Source of the DNA: an uncultured Bacilli bacterium
GTDB taxonomy: Bacteria > Bacillota_I > Bacilli_A > RF39 > UBA660
Length of the DNA: 61,850 nt
Direction of reading: 5' to 3'
Assembly (NCBI GenBank): GCA_947591575.1
Contig: CANQDI010000001.1
Span: 1 to 61,850, forward strand
The position numbers were made by a program, and so were the translations under genes. Below are positions 61,012-61,850 of the stretch, one piece after another. The notes under the pieces are model-generated. The model was not told where the DNA came from, did not search any database, and worked only from the letters and a program-made list of their open reading frames with translations. How positions within the stretch are numbered: position 1 is the first letter of the stretch; each line of letters opens with the position of its first letter.

Positions 61012-61138
61012 GTATTTTAAATGCTTTTTTTTATCGTAGAAAAAGAAAAGATGTTTTTTTTAGAAAATGCTGTTTTAAATTCATTTTGTTTTATTCTAAA
61101 ATAGTTTGTTCTTTCATAAACTGTATTGGGTGAAGAGA

Positions 61139-61453
61139 ATGCAATTTAAAATAAAAGATATTGTAACAAGAAAATCCTATCAAAATGATATTTTATTTGA
61201 AATTGTGGATATTGATGATGATATAGCCTATTTAAAAGGGGTAGATGTTCGATTATGTGCAGATAGTCCTTTAGAAGATCTTGAAAAAGTAGGGATTTCT
61301 CGTGATGAAAAAAATGTAGATCAAGAATTTTATCAAAAACTAGATGGTTTTATTCAACTAGATAGAAATGAATATTTTTATTTACCTGGCAAAATTCTTC
61401 ATATTGACGCTGACATTAAATTAAATAACAACTCGCAAACTCTTATAAAATAA
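61139..61453 (+). pseudogene. yabG: yabG (sporulation-specific protease) N-terminal remnant, truncated after codon ~92
   Basis: MQFKIKDIVTRKSYQNDILFEIV...EYFYLPGKILHIDAD parallels my recollection of B. subtilis YabG (MQFQIGDMVARKSYQMDVLFRII...HYFHMPGKVLHLDGD). It sits in the conserved ksgA-yabG position. After HIDAD (61414) it reads IKLNNNSQTLIK-stop, whereas full-length YabG is about 290 aa. Confidence 0.6.
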
Positions 61454-61458
61454 GGAAA

Positions 61459-61540
61459 TGAAAAATCTTAAAATTTCTAAAAAATCTCAAAAATGCCAAA
61501 AAATAGGTAAAAAATTTAAAAAAATTTGCACTAAAAAGGA
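61459..61540. repeat. phased A-tracts (about 8 tracts at ~10-bp spacing)
   Basis: A4-A7 runs begin at about 61460, 61470, 61479, 61489, 61498, 61510, 61518 and 61533. The sequence reads GAAAAATCTTAAAATTTCTAAAAAATCTCAAAAATGCCAAAAAATAGGTAAAAAATTTAAAAAAATTTGCACTAAAAAGG. Confidence 0.8.
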
Positions 61541-61684
61541 GAGGGTGACATTTCTTAAGTAAATAAAATTGATATATTCTTAACAAATAAAACATAACAA
61601 GAATTGAATAAATTTCAGTTCTTTTTTTTTGCTATACATAGCCTTTTTTAGATGGCTAGAGTTTAAAAAGAAAGGAGGAAAAAT

Positions 61685-61850
61685 ATGTCTAATTGCAAAG
61701 TAATTGCAGTAGCAAATCAAAAAGGTAGAGTTGACAAGATCACAACGACATTTAATTTAGGCGTAGCATTATCGAAATTGGGTTATAAGGTATTGTAGTA
61801 GATACTGTTCCACAAGGTAATTTTGGGTTATTATGATCAAGATAATATGT
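61685..61850 (+). pseudogene. ParA/Soj-family ATPase gene, apparently decayed (degenerate Walker A, premature stop, frameshift); runs to the window edge
   Basis: MSNCKVIAVANQKGRVDKITTTFNLGVALSKLGYKVL is followed by TAG TAG. The canonical motif would be KGGVGKTTT. The expected continuation VVDTVPQGN appears in the +2 frame. The RBS is AAAGGAGG. Confidence 0.6.

Larger units (their letters stand above)
61415..61850. mobile_element. possible left edge of an inserted element interrupting yabG (only ~0.4 kb visible)
   Basis: YabG similarity is lost abruptly. What follows is A-tract-rich non-coding DNA and a ParA-like gene typical of plasmid, ICE or phage modules. No integrase or repeat boundary is visible inside the window. 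Confidence 0.3.

Overview
AT-rich (roughly 30% GC by eye, not computed) Bacillota-type chromosome segment centred on the replication origin, in the standard genetic code. The rpmH / DnaA-box cluster / dnaA / DnaA-box cluster / dnaN core sits at about 31.2-33.1 kb. Every gene I call to its left is on the minus strand: rpoC', rpoB, rplL, rplJ, rplA, rplK, nusG, secE, ung, rlmH, yycJ-like, an M23 peptidase, dnaB, rplI, a GdpP-like DHH protein, rpsR, ssb, rpsF, ychF, an AbgT-like transporter, an MscS-like channel, parB, parA, a noc-like gene, rsmG, mnmG, mnmE, jag, yidC and rnpA. Every gene to its right is on the plus strand: a ComK-family gene, recF, gyrB, gyrA, SRP RNA, tadA, dnaX, ybaB, recR, a bofA-like gene, holB, yaaT/ricT, a tRNA methyltransferase, rsmI, pth, mfd, spoVT, a T-box leader plus metG, tatD, rsmA and a yabG remnant. 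Gene order is Bacillus-like and several sporulation-associated genes are present. Four things stand out from this housekeeping background. (1) At 40.51-40.63 kb, a 116-bp array holds three perfect Noc-binding-site palindromes (TATTTCCCGGGAAATA) interleaved with two near-consensus parS sites. A fourth NBS lies at 47.3 kb. The noc-like ParB paralogue in this window lacks the N-terminal membrane-targeting helix and carries an insertion of about 190 aa of low-complexity sequence. (2) A 4.6-kb accessory block is inserted between tatD and rsmA. It holds three separately promoted and terminated TasA/camelysin-like secreted proteins with SipW-type signal peptides, a SipW-type (ER/archaeal-type) signal peptidase, a fourth distant paralogue and two membrane proteins. 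This is a candidate extracellular fibre locus. A fifth protein with the same N-terminus is encoded 45 kb away (9.6-10.9 kb). (3) yabG stops resembling YabG after codon 92. It runs into unrelated DNA that has phased A-tracts and a decayed ParA-like gene at the right window edge, so this may be the edge of an inserted element. (4) A ComK-family gene occupies the dnaN-recF slot. No rRNA, tRNA or CRISPR was found.
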